DNA of 64,000 nucleotides from contig OZ242383.1 of the NCBI GenBank assembly GCA_965209155.1, positions 3,392,001 through 3,456,000 on the forward strand, written 5' to 3'. This stretch comes from a bacterium (GTDB taxonomy: Bacteria > SAR324 > NAC60-12). The notes below the pieces were generated by a model. The model saw nothing but the letters and a program-made list of their open reading frames with translations. It made no database searches and had not been told where the DNA came from. The position numbers and the translations under genes are program-made. Of the stretch, positions 28,915-38,658 are shown in pieces; the stretch's first letter is position 1, and each line of letters begins with the position of its first letter.

Positions 28915-29928
28915 TTATGAAGATCGCTTCGGGAAACCATCAAATACTTCCTCAAGACTAGAAGCATCAAGGATTCGTTCTGCTAACGATTCTAATTCGG
29001 AGACGGGCAAGCCTGCAAGTATCCTTTGCTGTGATTCGGTGAGCGGGCCAAATTTTTTCTCCAGAAGTTTGACAACGAGTTGTAGGGCTTCTTGCTGGAC
29101 ACCTTGTTGGACACCTTGTTGGACACCTTGCTGGACACCTTGCTGAAGGCCTTCTTGTCTTAATTGTTCGGCAATGGTCATGATTACCTCTTGTGCTTTT
29201 TCAGAAACAAGTTGTTCTTGGATTTGAGGAATCACAATGGCTTTCTCTAAATGAGGACTCCCTTGGAATAAATAATATAGCACAGTTTCTAGAGATTCCA
29301 ATCCCGTTTCTTTTTGAGCGAACTCGTTGAGTAAAGGCAAAATGGTTTCGATCAGGTATTCCTGGAGATCCGGGGAATCGATATGCTTCATGAGCAAAAG
29401 TGCCACTCTCAATAACAGTTGACCTTTGATTTCCTCATCAGACAATTTAGATAAATCCATCAGGCTATAGGTAAAATTGGGAACGTAGGGTTTTAAGGCA
29501 TGAGGAACTTCAAGAAATTCATGAAAGCTCAAGCTCACCTTCCATGACGTTGCTCCCTGGTAGAGCACCATCGGGAAGATCAACGGGATCGGTTCTTTGG
29601 GATACTGTTTTTTATGCTGTTCCCAGATATTGACCATGTAGACTAAAAGACGAAAAGGCATATCAGGATGAGGACGCCGTTGGTGTTCTAAATGCAGATA
29701 GAAATAGCCCTTGAAACCGGAGAAGCGGGTTTCATAGAGCAAATCGCTGCGTCGATTACGCAATGCTTTTTGTACAAAATCCCCAGGGGCCAAATGCATG
29801 ATGGACCAATCCATTGATTCTTTGACATTGACTGGAAGATATTCTTCGAAAAAGGAGCGCGCAGTCTGAAGATTACTGAACTGCTGGAGAAAAAAATTGT
29901 TATGAATCGGGGCTTTCGTTATGGCCAT
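28915..29928 (-). CDS. Rpn/YhgA family recombination-promoting nuclease with DUF4351-like C-terminus
   Basis: RSDLLY, YLHLEHQ, MPFRLLVY, PMVLYQG, MTIAEQLRQEG, (QQGV)n. Confidence 0.92.
   Translation of the reverse strand: MAITKAPIHNNFFLQQFSNLQTARSFFEEYLPVNVKESMDWSIMHLAPGDFVQKALRNRRSDLLYETRFSGFKGYFYLHLEHQRRPHPDMPFRLLVYMVNIWEQHKKQYPKEPIPLIFPMVLYQGATSWKVSLSFHEFLEVPHALKPYVPNFTYSLMDLSKLSDEEIKGQLLLRVALLLMKHIDSPDLQEYLIETILPLLNEFAQKETGLESLETVLYYLFQGSPHLEKAIVIPQIQEQLVSEKAQEVIMTIAEQLRQEGLQQGVQQGVQQGVQQGVQQEALQLVVKLLEKKFGPLTESQQRILAGLPVSELESLAERILDASSLEEVFDGFPKRSS
29092..29145 (-). repeat. 12-bp tandem repeat encoding QQGV, about 4.5 units
   Basis: Plus strand TTG(C/T)TGGACACC units. Confidence 0.9.
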
Positions 29929-30226
29929 GAGCGGATTCCTCTGGCGGTTGCGATCCTCTTTATAGGACCAAAGCCGACCCTTTGTCAACCTTGGCTCGCC
30001 ACAAAGCTAAATCTTGTGTTTTTCAAAGTATCCAAATGCTGTTCAAATGAATTCCCCATTTCAAGGGCATCGAAAATGTTTCCATCGAGCACGTGCACGT
30101 GCACGATGACGAACCCGAGCACGTTTCTGCAAAAGCCGATTGTCTCTGACCCCACCCAAAGGACATGATTTCATTCAGATAAAATCGAATAGGGCATATC
30201 TGCCCCAATCTAGGATTAGTGTTTAA

Positions 30227-30846
30227 TGTCTCATAAATGGTCTAAATCCTCCGTCTTCCAGACGGTAAAGAGAGCTTCAGTCAAAATTAGAATTGCCTTG
30301 AGATTTCCCATGAAATAGTTGTATCTCATTCCATGGGAACTTCATATTCAAAAGGGAGCCTCAGCACCTATCATCATCGCTTTCACCTGGTGTGGATCAC
30401 CAAATATCGTTACAAAATCATGAATCAGGAGATCAAGAAGAGGGGTCGCGATATTGTCGGCCAAGTGGCTGAAGAGATGCGAGTCCATATTGAAAGCGGG
30501 GTTGTTTCTTCTGATCAGGTTCATCTTTTTGTCTCAATTCCCCCTCATGTGAGTGTCAGTGATTTTGTACAAAAAGCCAAAGGGCGGAGTTCGCGAAAAA
30601 TTCAAATGGAATTCCAACCTATTTTGAAAAATCGCTATTGGGGCCGACCTTTCTGGGCGCGAGGATTTTTTAGTGCGACCAGTGGTAATGTGACTGATGA
30701 AATGATTCATGAATATATCAACAATCACTCTGATGCCCATCAACCGGATCACATTGAGAATATCCGGCTCGAATGACAGCTTAAGCTGAATGTTGGGCTT
30801 ATAGCCCTTTGCCTAAATCCCTCAGCTTCAGCTGAGGGTGGTTTAA
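30227..30846 (+). mobile_element. IS200-type element (IS200/IS605 family, tnpA only)
   Basis: Preceded by TTTAA; left hairpin CCGTC-TTCCA-GACGG; right hairpin CCCTCAGC-TTCA-GCTGAGGG then TGGTTTAA; no tnpB. Confidence 0.92.
30333..30776 (+). CDS. tnpA: IS200/IS605 Y1 (HUH) transposase
   Basis: HLVWITKYR, KGRSS, FWARGFF, EYI; the HUH motif reads QVH. Confidence 0.92.
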   Translation: MGTSYSKGSLSTYHHRFHLVWITKYRYKIMNQEIKKRGRDIVGQVAEEMRVHIESGVVSSDQVHLFVSIPPHVSVSDFVQKAKGRSSRKIQMEFQPILKNRYWGRPFWARGFFSATSGNVTDEMIHEYINNHSDAHQPDHIENIRLE

Positions 30847-30988
30847 TATTTATGATGTGTCATGCTGGTCCCGGATCATCCCGGAATAGATCCGGGACCA
30901 GGATGATCCGGCATCCAAATATCGCCCGTATCCCCCTGGATTCCTGATCAAGCCAGGAGTGACACGTTTTTTAACTCCTGATTCACTT
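30847..30988 (+). mobile_element. MITE copy 2, left part missing at the IS right end
   Basis: Matches ~38516-38658 and ends AACTCCTGATTCAC. Confidence 0.85.
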
Positions 30989-31089
30989 ATAATTTTAGCT
31001 TGATTCCTTTTGCGGAGATTTTATTTTAGATACTGAAAAAATCTTTACTGGGAAAATAATAAACAAGCCGCATTAATAGAGGAGATTTC

Positions 31090-31404
31090 ATGGCGGAAGT
31101 AAAATGGCATCAAGTGGGCAACGTTTCCAATATCACCGTAGATCAACCACTGTCGGTGGACGTCAATGGAATTGCGATTGGGATCTATCAGGTTGGAGAA
31201 GAGTATCATGCAATTGAGGATATCTGTCCTCATGCTTATGCAATATTAAGCGAAGGTTTCATCGAAGGATGTGAAGTGGAGTGTCCCCTGCATGAAGCAA
31301 CCTTTAATATCACCAATGGCAAATTATTGAGTGGACCAGCAGATCGTGACTTACAGACATTTCCCGTTAAAACCGAAGGAAACCTGATTCTGGTACAAGC
31401 ATGA
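31090..31404 (+). CDS. Rieske-type ferredoxin (ring-hydroxylating dioxygenase type)
   Basis: CPH...CPLH motifs; GAGGAG RBS. Confidence 0.93.
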   Translation: MAEVKWHQVGNVSNITVDQPLSVDVNGIAIGIYQVGEEYHAIEDICPHAYAILSEGFIEGCEVECPLHEATFNITNGKLLSGPADRDLQTFPVKTEGNLILVQA

Positions 31405-31481
31405 TGGGCTGGATTTCCTGCCTTTCAATCACCCTTTTGTAAGGCACAATCGTCATCAAGGTGAGTAGGGAGCGAATTCCA

Positions 31482-32702
31482 ATGAGCAACAACATTCAAT
31501 CCATAGTCATAGTGGGCGCCGGTCAGGCGGGAGGATGGTGCGCCAGGTCATTACGCAAGGAAGGATTTGAAGGAACAATCACTTTGATTGGAGACGAAAA
31601 TCGCCTTCCATACGAACGTCCACCGTTGTCCAAATCGGTTCTTTCCGGTGTAGACGAAGCGGAAGTTTGCCAATTGTACAGCGATAGCGTCTTTGCGGAA
31701 TTGCAATTGAATTTTCTGGCAAATGACCCGGTAATTGCACTCCATCGTTCGGATCATTCCGTCCGATTACAATCCGGCAAAAGTGTTTCCTACGATCGTC
31801 TGATACTTGCCACAGGAGGAAGAGCCCGCACTCTATCGGGTCTCCAGGGAGATCGAGTACACGTCATCCGCACCATTGAAGATTCTTTACGTTTGAAAGA
31901 AGCACTTGCCTCCAGCAATAGTCTGCTGGTGCTTGGCGGAGGGTGGATCGGTCTGGAAGCGGCTGCTACGGCAACAAATTACAATGTCGCCGTCACCGTC
32001 GTGGAAGCGCAGAATCGTCTCTGCATCCGCGCGGTGCCACCAATTTTGTCGGATTACCTCCTCGATCTTCACAAGCGCCACGGTATTCGTATTCATCTCG
32101 ATGCCCAGGCAAAGGATTGGATAACCGACTCTGAGAAAGTTACGATTTCATTGGGAAACGGTAAGACACTTGAAGCAGATCACTTGCTGGTAGGCATAGG
32201 GCTTGCGCCCGAGACCCGTCTTGGTGATGACGCGGGGTTGCGTATCGATAACGGGATTGCCGTGGATAGCGACTGGCGGACTTCCGACAAAAGCATCTTC
32301 GCAATTGGAGATACGGCCAACCGGTACGAAAAAAGTCGCAAGAGCTCCCTTCGTTTGGAATCCTGGGCCAATGCCATGCACTCGGCTGAGGCGGTAGCCA
32401 AAATCATTTTGAATCACGACGGGGGACCCGAGGAAATTCCCTGGTTCTGGTCAGATCAATTCGACGTCAATATCCAGATGCTCGGCGTCCCCACTCGTTG
32501 GACAATCCCTATTATGCGCGGCAATCCGCAGGAGGATAGTAGCGCAATCTTTTTTGAAGAAAATGGATACCTGACAGCAACCATTACCATCAATCAACCC
32601 CGAACCATGCAAGTCGCCAAGCGTCTGATGGCGCGGCGCAAAGCTGTCACCCGTAATCAATTGGCAGATGAAAACGTGAATTTGAAAGCGCTACTCCGAT
32701 AA
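31482..32702 (+). CDS. FAD/NAD-dependent ferredoxin reductase (HcaD type)
   Basis: GAGQAG, YERPPLSK, GGGWIGLE, RLESWANA, PWFWSDQF. Confidence 0.93.
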   Translation: MSNNIQSIVIVGAGQAGGWCARSLRKEGFEGTITLIGDENRLPYERPPLSKSVLSGVDEAEVCQLYSDSVFAELQLNFLANDPVIALHRSDHSVRLQSGKSVSYDRLILATGGRARTLSGLQGDRVHVIRTIEDSLRLKEALASSNSLLVLGGGWIGLEAAATATNYNVAVTVVEAQNRLCIRAVPPILSDYLLDLHKRHGIRIHLDAQAKDWITDSEKVTISLGNGKTLEADHLLVGIGLAPETRLGDDAGLRIDNGIAVDSDWRTSDKSIFAIGDTANRYEKSRKSSLRLESWANAMHSAEAVAKIILNHDGGPEEIPWFWSDQFDVNIQMLGVPTRWTIPIMRGNPQEDSSAIFFEENGYLTATITINQPRTMQVAKRLMARRKAVTRNQLADENVNLKALLR

Positions 32703-32765
32703 TGCACCTGGTGTTTTATTGCGCAGGATGATTCCACTCAGTCCGCCGTCACTGGAGTTTTACAA

Positions 32766-34529
32766 ATGGACAAACTGGATCACGAATCCCTTCTCTACAA
32801 AATCAGACACTCACTGGCGCATATTCTAGCTCAATCCGTTTTACAGATCCGACCGGATGCGAAACTGGGATTTGGTCCCCCAACCGAAACAGGATTTTAT
32901 TATGATTTTGATATGGCGGATGCATTGACTGCTGAAGATTTGAAAGTGCTGGAAAAAAAGATGAAGCAAATCATCAAGGCCAATCAAAACTTTCAACGGG
33001 AAGATTTACCCTTTGACATCATGGTCAAACGGCTGGAAGCGGAGGAGCAATCTTTTAAAATCGAATACGTGCAGGATTTGAAAGAAAAGGGAGAAACCTC
33101 TTTCAGCATTTTCAGTAACGGTCCATTTTGGGACATGTGCGAAGGTCCGCACGTGGCCACAACCCGGGAAATTCCCCTGGATTGTTTCACGCTTGATTCG
33201 TTGGCAGGCGCTTATTGGCGAGGTTCGGAAGAAAACAAAATGCTTCAACGAGTCTATGGCCTGGCCTTTGAATCAGGCGATGCCTTGCGTGATTTTCTGA
33301 AGAGGCGCAAACTGGCCATGGAACACGACCATCGAAAGCTCAACAACCAACAGCAATATTTTGTCATCGAAGAGGACGTCGGCAAGGGATTGCCCCTCTG
33401 GTTGCCCAACGGTACGATTCTAAGGGACGAACTGGAAAAACTGGCCAAGGAAAAGGAGTTTCAGGCAGGATACCAACGGGTTGCGACTCCGCACATTGCC
33501 AAAGAAAACCTTTATCACACTTCCGGACATTTGCCCTATTATGCGGAAGATATGTTTGCTCCCATGGAAGTGGATGGCGAAAAGCTGTACCTGAAACCCA
33601 TGAACTGTCCCTTTCACCACATGATCTACAAATCTTCCTCACGAAGTTACCGGGACCTGCCATTACGCCTGGCGGAATACGGAACCTGTTACCGCTATGA
33701 ACAATCGGGTGAATTGTCCGGATTACTGAGGGTTCGAGGTTTCACCATGAATGATTCACACATTTATTGCACCCCGGAGCAAGTCAAGGAAGAATTCATT
33801 CGAGTGATCCATTTGCATCTCGATTATTATCAATTATTTGGTTTGAAGGACTATTGGGTGCGTTTATCCCTCTCTGATGAAGACAGTAAAAAATTCGTTT
33901 CCGATCGGGAAGCCTGGGAGACCGCGGAAAAGATCGTCACCGAGGCTATGGAGGAGGTCGGGGTGCCATTCGAATCCATGAGAGGTGAAGCCGCCTTTTA
34001 CGGACCGAAAATAGATTTTCAAATTGTCAATGTGGTGGGACGAGAAGAAACGGCTTCGACCAATCAACTGGACATGATCCAACCTGAACGATTCGATCTT
34101 TCCTATATCGGCCCTGACAATGAGCAACACCGTCCCATCATTCTCCACCGTGCGCCCTTGGGTACCCATGAGCGATTCTGCGCATTTTTAATCGAACACT
34201 ACGGAGGTGCCTTTCCTACCTGGCTTGCTCCTGTTCAAGTGCGAATATTGCCCGTCGCTCCGGTTTTCTGTGAGTATGCGTTTGACTTGCAGAAAGAATT
34301 GCGCTCTCATTTTATTCGTGCGGAAGTGGACGATTCCCATGAGTCATTTGGCAAAAAAATTCGCAACGGAGCCATTGCAAAAATCCCGAATTTATTGATC
34401 GTAGGGGAAAAAGAACATTCTGCGAAATCGGTTACCTGGAAAAAATATGGCATACGAGAGCAACAATCTCTTGCATTCGAAGAGTTCCAAAGTATCATTT
34501 TGCAAAAAATAAAAAATCGCAGGGACTGA
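32766..34529 (+). CDS. thrS: Threonyl-tRNA synthetase
   Basis: RHSLAH, CEGPHV, DHRKL, KPMNCP, GLLRVRGFT, AFYGPKID. Confidence 0.97.
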   Translation: MDKLDHESLLYKIRHSLAHILAQSVLQIRPDAKLGFGPPTETGFYYDFDMADALTAEDLKVLEKKMKQIIKANQNFQREDLPFDIMVKRLEAEEQSFKIEYVQDLKEKGETSFSIFSNGPFWDMCEGPHVATTREIPLDCFTLDSLAGAYWRGSEENKMLQRVYGLAFESGDALRDFLKRRKLAMEHDHRKLNNQQQYFVIEEDVGKGLPLWLPNGTILRDELEKLAKEKEFQAGYQRVATPHIAKENLYHTSGHLPYYAEDMFAPMEVDGEKLYLKPMNCPFHHMIYKSSSRSYRDLPLRLAEYGTCYRYEQSGELSGLLRVRGFTMNDSHIYCTPEQVKEEFIRVIHLHLDYYQLFGLKDYWVRLSLSDEDSKKFVSDREAWETAEKIVTEAMEEVGVPFESMRGEAAFYGPKIDFQIVNVVGREETASTNQLDMIQPERFDLSYIGPDNEQHRPIILHRAPLGTHERFCAFLIEHYGGAFPTWLAPVQVRILPVAPVFCEYAFDLQKELRSHFIRAEVDDSHESFGKKIRNGAIAKIPNLLIVGEKEHSAKSVTWKKYGIREQQSLAFEEFQSIILQKIKNRRD

Positions 34530-34571
34530 ACATTCCCTCTCTTTTTTAACTGCATTGCGACTTCAGAAAAC

Positions 34572-35963
34572 ATGTTAGCACGTACTAAAATCGAGGCCTT
34601 GCTGTCAGGATATTCATGTGGTCGGCAAGTTTGCGTGCGAGGATGGATACGAACCAAGCGCGATTCGAAAAACGTCTCCTTCATCAACCTCAATGACGGC
34701 TCCAACCAGAGAGGAATTCAGATCGTCATCGAAGCGAATTTGGATAACTACGAGCAAGCGCTTTCCCTCAATACGGGAGCAGCCATCGAAGTGACTGGCT
34801 GCTTGGTCGCATCACCGGGAAAAGGGCAGTCCTTCGAGATTCAGGCGAAACAACTCAAAATTTATGGTAATGCTCCTGGCGACAGTTATCCCCTGCAAAA
34901 AAAAGGTCACACGCTCGAGTTCTTACGGGAAATCGCTCACTTGCGTCCACGCACCAACACCCTGGGTTGCGTCTTTCGTATAAGAAACGGCTTGGCGCAG
35001 GCAGTCCATCGATTTTTTCAAGAGCGTCATTTCATCTATATCCACGCCCCCATCATCACTGCCAGCGACGCGGAAGGCAGTGGAGAATTGTTCCGGGTGA
35101 CCGCTTTTGATCCGGAGTATCCTCCCAGGAACGAATCGGGAGAGCTCGATTATTCCCGAGATTTTTTTGGCAAACCCGTTTTTTTGACCGTCTCCGGACA
35201 GTTGGAAGCCGAAATCTTTGCTTTGGCTTTGAGTGACGTCTATACATTCGGTCCCACCTTCCGTGCGGAAAATTCAAACACTTCCCGGCACCTTGCGGAA
35301 TTTTGGATGATCGAACCGGAAATGGCATTTTGTAACCTGGATGAAATGTGTCGTTTGGTGGAAGAATTTTTGAAATATCTGCTCACTTTCTGCTTGGAGC
35401 ACCATGCCGATGACCTGGCGTTCCTGCAAAAATTGTACAACAAGACCTTGATGGAGACTTTAGAAAGTATCGTTCATTCGTCTTTCAAAAAAATCACTTA
35501 TGGTGATGCAGTGGAGGTTCTGCAAAATTCCGGTCAATCCTTCGAGTTTCCTGCGCAATGGGGATCTGATTTGCAATCGGAACACGAACGCTTTCTCACC
35601 GAACAACATTTCAAATGCCCGCTTGTAGTGGTCGACTATCCCAAAGAAATTAAAGCATTTTATATGCGTCAGAACGATGACGGAAACACTGTGGCCGCCA
35701 TGGACGTGCTTTTTCCGCATCTCGGAGAAATGATCGGAGGCTCCCAACGAGAAGAACGCCATGACCTGCTCTTGGAACGGATGAGAGAAACAGGAATGGA
35801 TGAAATGCACTATAGTTGGTATCTTGAACTACGCCGCTTCGGTACAGTTCCACATTCGGGTTTTGGACTCGGATTTGAGCGCATGGTGCAATTTGTTACC
35901 GGTATGAGCAATATCCGGGATGTCATCCCCTTTCCTCGTGTCCCGAACAACGCCGATTTCTAA
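34572..35963 (+). CDS. asnS: Asparaginyl-tRNA synthetase
   Basis: HLRPRTN, TVSGQL, PTFRAENSNTSRHLAEFWMIEPE, IGGSQREER. Confidence 0.97.
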   Translation: MLARTKIEALLSGYSCGRQVCVRGWIRTKRDSKNVSFINLNDGSNQRGIQIVIEANLDNYEQALSLNTGAAIEVTGCLVASPGKGQSFEIQAKQLKIYGNAPGDSYPLQKKGHTLEFLREIAHLRPRTNTLGCVFRIRNGLAQAVHRFFQERHFIYIHAPIITASDAEGSGELFRVTAFDPEYPPRNESGELDYSRDFFGKPVFLTVSGQLEAEIFALALSDVYTFGPTFRAENSNTSRHLAEFWMIEPEMAFCNLDEMCRLVEEFLKYLLTFCLEHHADDLAFLQKLYNKTLMETLESIVHSSFKKITYGDAVEVLQNSGQSFEFPAQWGSDLQSEHERFLTEQHFKCPLVVVDYPKEIKAFYMRQNDDGNTVAAMDVLFPHLGEMIGGSQREERHDLLLERMRETGMDEMHYSWYLELRRFGTVPHSGFGLGFERMVQFVTGMSNIRDVIPFPRVPNNADF

Positions 35964-35976
35964 GTCAAAGAGACCC

Positions 35977-37113
35977 TTGAATATTTTGATTGGCAGTAAT
36001 GTGCACTGGTGGAATGCGGATGCCGCCTATGCCGCCGTTACTGCTGAAATCCTGGAAGGCGCAGGACATCGCGTCTTTGTCCTCACACGTCCCCACACGG
36101 CAAATTTCGCGCAACTTCAAAAACGAGGTTTGAGGCTATTGACGGATATAGATTTGAACACCTGCAATCCCTTCCGGCTGTATTTTTCTTATCAACGATT
36201 GAAGCAATTTCTACGAATTCAGCAAATTCAAATCGTCAATCCACACCGTTCCGAAGGTCTATTCGTATATGTTTTATTAAAATGGTCCCTGAGATCTTTC
36301 AAACTGGTTCGTACTCGCGGGACTGCTCGCGCGGTTCGTGGAGGGTGGCTCAATCAAATGATTTATCGAGATTGGGTGGACGCCCACATTTTCACAGGGG
36401 AAGCGGTTTTGGAACGCGTGTTGAAAAGAGTTGAAGTTCCCCGGTATAAACAAAATGTGATCCACTACCCCGTCGAGAGAGCGGAGTTACCTCCATCCGT
36501 TGATTATACGAAAGCATTCAATATCCCGCGGGATCATCGGGTCCTGGCCATTGTAGGCAGGCTCAGCCCGTTGAAGGGACATCAATTGTTGTTGAAGAGT
36601 TTTCAATTGCTCAGGCGTCAACTTCCCCGCACTGTTTTACTGGTCTTGTTTAATCACCCGGACTTTCAATGCGCCGAAATGCAAGCGCTCGAGGAAACGA
36701 GTAAAATATTAGGAATAGAAGCAAACGTCCGTTTTATCGGGGTTCGCGCAGACATACGCAGCATCATGAAATTCGTGGACGTGGGAGTGGTGAGTTCGCT
36801 GGATTCGGAAATGATCTGCCGGGTTGCGGTGGAATTCTTCTCCGTGGCAACTCCAGTCGTCGCTTTACCCACCGGATGTCTGCCGGAAATCGTAAAAAAT
36901 GAAGTCAATGGTTTTGTAGCGAAAACTGCTACTGCAGAAGATCTCTATGAGGCATTGAGAAAAATCTTAGAAGAGGATGAGCTTCTTGAAAAATTAAGTC
37001 GAGGGGCATTGGAACAGGCAAGGAAACTCTTTTCTCATGAATTGTTTCTGAAGAAAACCATGCGGGTCTTTGAAGCTGCTCTTTTTAAATCCCCTCCCTC
37101 AGAGGGAAATTAG
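35977..37113 (+). CDS. Glycosyltransferase family 4
   Basis: VGRLSPLKGH, GVRADI, PEIVKNEVNG; TTG start at 35977 inferred. Confidence 0.85.
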   Translation: MNILIGSNVHWWNADAAYAAVTAEILEGAGHRVFVLTRPHTANFAQLQKRGLRLLTDIDLNTCNPFRLYFSYQRLKQFLRIQQIQIVNPHRSEGLFVYVLLKWSLRSFKLVRTRGTARAVRGGWLNQMIYRDWVDAHIFTGEAVLERVLKRVEVPRYKQNVIHYPVERAELPPSVDYTKAFNIPRDHRVLAIVGRLSPLKGHQLLLKSFQLLRRQLPRTVLLVLFNHPDFQCAEMQALEETSKILGIEANVRFIGVRADIRSIMKFVDVGVVSSLDSEMICRVAVEFFSVATPVVALPTGCLPEIVKNEVNGFVAKTATAEDLYEALRKILEEDELLEKLSRGALEQARKLFSHELFLKKTMRVFEAALFKSPPSEGN

Positions 37114-37814
37114 AGGAGGGGGAAGCATTCAAATGTCCATTTTCCAGGAACGGTGGGAGATGATAGGGCCCGGTTCAATCGTTGCAAAAAATTCTCACGT
37201 GATATTTCGCAAGCCCCCATGCGCTTCAAGTGACCGGAGCTGACCTGGCAATCGACCAGTTCCACCCGCCAGTTTTTCAATTGTTCCACCAGGGCTACAA
37301 GTGCAATTTTTGAGGCATCACTCATCCAGGCAAACATCGATTCTCCGAAAAAACATTTCCCCAGATAAACGCCATACAGCCCCCCCACCAACTCTCCTCC
37401 ATGCCAGCTTTCCACGGAATGGGCATATCCCAAATCATGCAGGCGCGTATAAGCTTCTCGCATTCGGGGGGTGATCCAGGTGCCTTTACTTTGTCGCCGT
37501 GGCATTCCACATGCGTAAATAACCTGTTCAAATGCCGTATCGCTTTTGATTTGAAAAGTTTGCTTTTTGAGCACTTTGCGCAAACTTTTGGAAATCTTGA
37601 GGGAAGCGGGCTCCAAAATCAATCGGGGATCCGGACTCCACCACAAAATGGGTTGCCCTTCTTCATACCAGGGGAAAATCCCCTGCCGGTACGCAGCCAG
37701 CAGACGTTCCGTCGACAAATCCCCACCCACTGCCAGGAGACCCTCCGGTTCCGCATGGCTTTGAGGAGGAAAAATCAGCAATTCTTCTGATAACTGGTAA
37801 ACCGGCACATGCAT
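37110..37814 (-). CDS. aat: Leucyl/phenylalanyl-tRNA--protein transferase
   Basis: GLLAVGGDL, GIFPWY, WWSPDPR, FFGESMF, DASKIA. Confidence 0.95.
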   Translation of the reverse strand: MHVPVYQLSEELLIFPPQSHAEPEGLLAVGGDLSTERLLAAYRQGIFPWYEEGQPILWWSPDPRLILEPASLKISKSLRKVLKKQTFQIKSDTAFEQVIYACGMPRRQSKGTWITPRMREAYTRLHDLGYAHSVESWHGGELVGGLYGVYLGKCFFGESMFAWMSDASKIALVALVEQLKNWRVELVDCQVSSGHLKRMGACEISRENFLQRLNRALSSPTVPGKWTFECFPLL

Positions 37815-37865
37815 CCATCGGAAAAATACCAAGATTGCGTCGTCAATGGATTGCCAATACGGCAA

Positions 37866-38408
37866 TCACAGACTGGCATGGATGGCTTTCAACATGGCCT
37901 CGATATCGGAATCCGATAATTTACCGTCTTTGCTGAAAACGACTTTCCCCTCTTTATCCAAGACGATCACGTCATTGCTGTCAGTGGCAATGTTCCACTT
38001 TTTGTGCAGAGTCTCATTCATGTCGAAGACGAAATTGGTATTGGGGAATTCTTTTTGGTTCTTTTGTATCTCACTTTTCAGAAGAAAATTGGGTATCCAG
38101 GTGGCTGCCATATTGATAACGGCATAAGAAGCGTATTTTCCGGCCTTCATGGCTTCACCCAAAGAATCATCCGCACTGAGCGCTTCGGAAGCATTGTCAT
38201 TCAAATCGCTTTCATCCGGGTCCACGTAAAAAATTACGCTCACTTTTCCTGTCAGTGTGGCACTGTCCCAAGCCCCACGTCCGTCAACATATCCGCCCTC
38301 GTTTCCGGAAAGGATCACCTGGGGAGGTACTTCATTCAACGGCAGTTCCGCTTGGAGAATTATGGGAGAGCTGAGAGTGATGAACAACAATACGATGATT
38401 TTTTTCAT
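37866..38408 (-). CDS. YtfJ-family exported thioredoxin-like protein
   Basis: Signal peptide, WDSATLTGKV..FYVDPD, IVLDKEGKV. Confidence 0.75.
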   Translation of the reverse strand: MKKIIVLLFITLSSPIILQAELPLNEVPPQVILSGNEGGYVDGRGAWDSATLTGKVSVIFYVDPDESDLNDNASEALSADDSLGEAMKAGKYASYAVINMAATWIPNFLLKSEIQKNQKEFPNTNFVFDMNETLHKKWNIATDSNDVIVLDKEGKVVFSKDGKLSDSDIEAMLKAIHASL

Positions 38409-38471
38409 TGGATTCTCCTTTAAATAGACTTTATTATTCTTGGAAAAATGAATTTAAAACTAATTTTCATA

Positions 38472-38658
38472 TGCGAATCAGGAGTTGAATTTAATTTATA
38501 AAATCAATAATTCAATATTTATGATGTGTCATGCCGGTCCCGGATCATCCCGGACTCGATCCGGGACCAGGATGATCCGGCATCCAAAATATCGCCCGTA
38601 TCCCCCCGGATGTTTGGTCAAGCCAGGAATGAGATGTTTTTTAACTCCTGATTCACGT
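38472..38658 (+). mobile_element. MITE copy 3 (intact, 187 bp)
   Basis: TGCGAATCAGGAGTT...AACTCCTGATTCACGT inverted ends; flanking direct repeat ATTTTCATA (38463-38471, 38659-38667). Confidence 0.9.

Noticed and set aside
30086..30123. GAGCACGTGCACGTGCACGATGACG hexamer-like repeat
   Set aside because: Short low-complexity tract with a single occurrence and no supportable function
30776..30846. TnpB/IscB RNA-guided nuclease cargo
   Set aside because: The IS right end follows tnpA within 70 bp, leaving no room for tnpB
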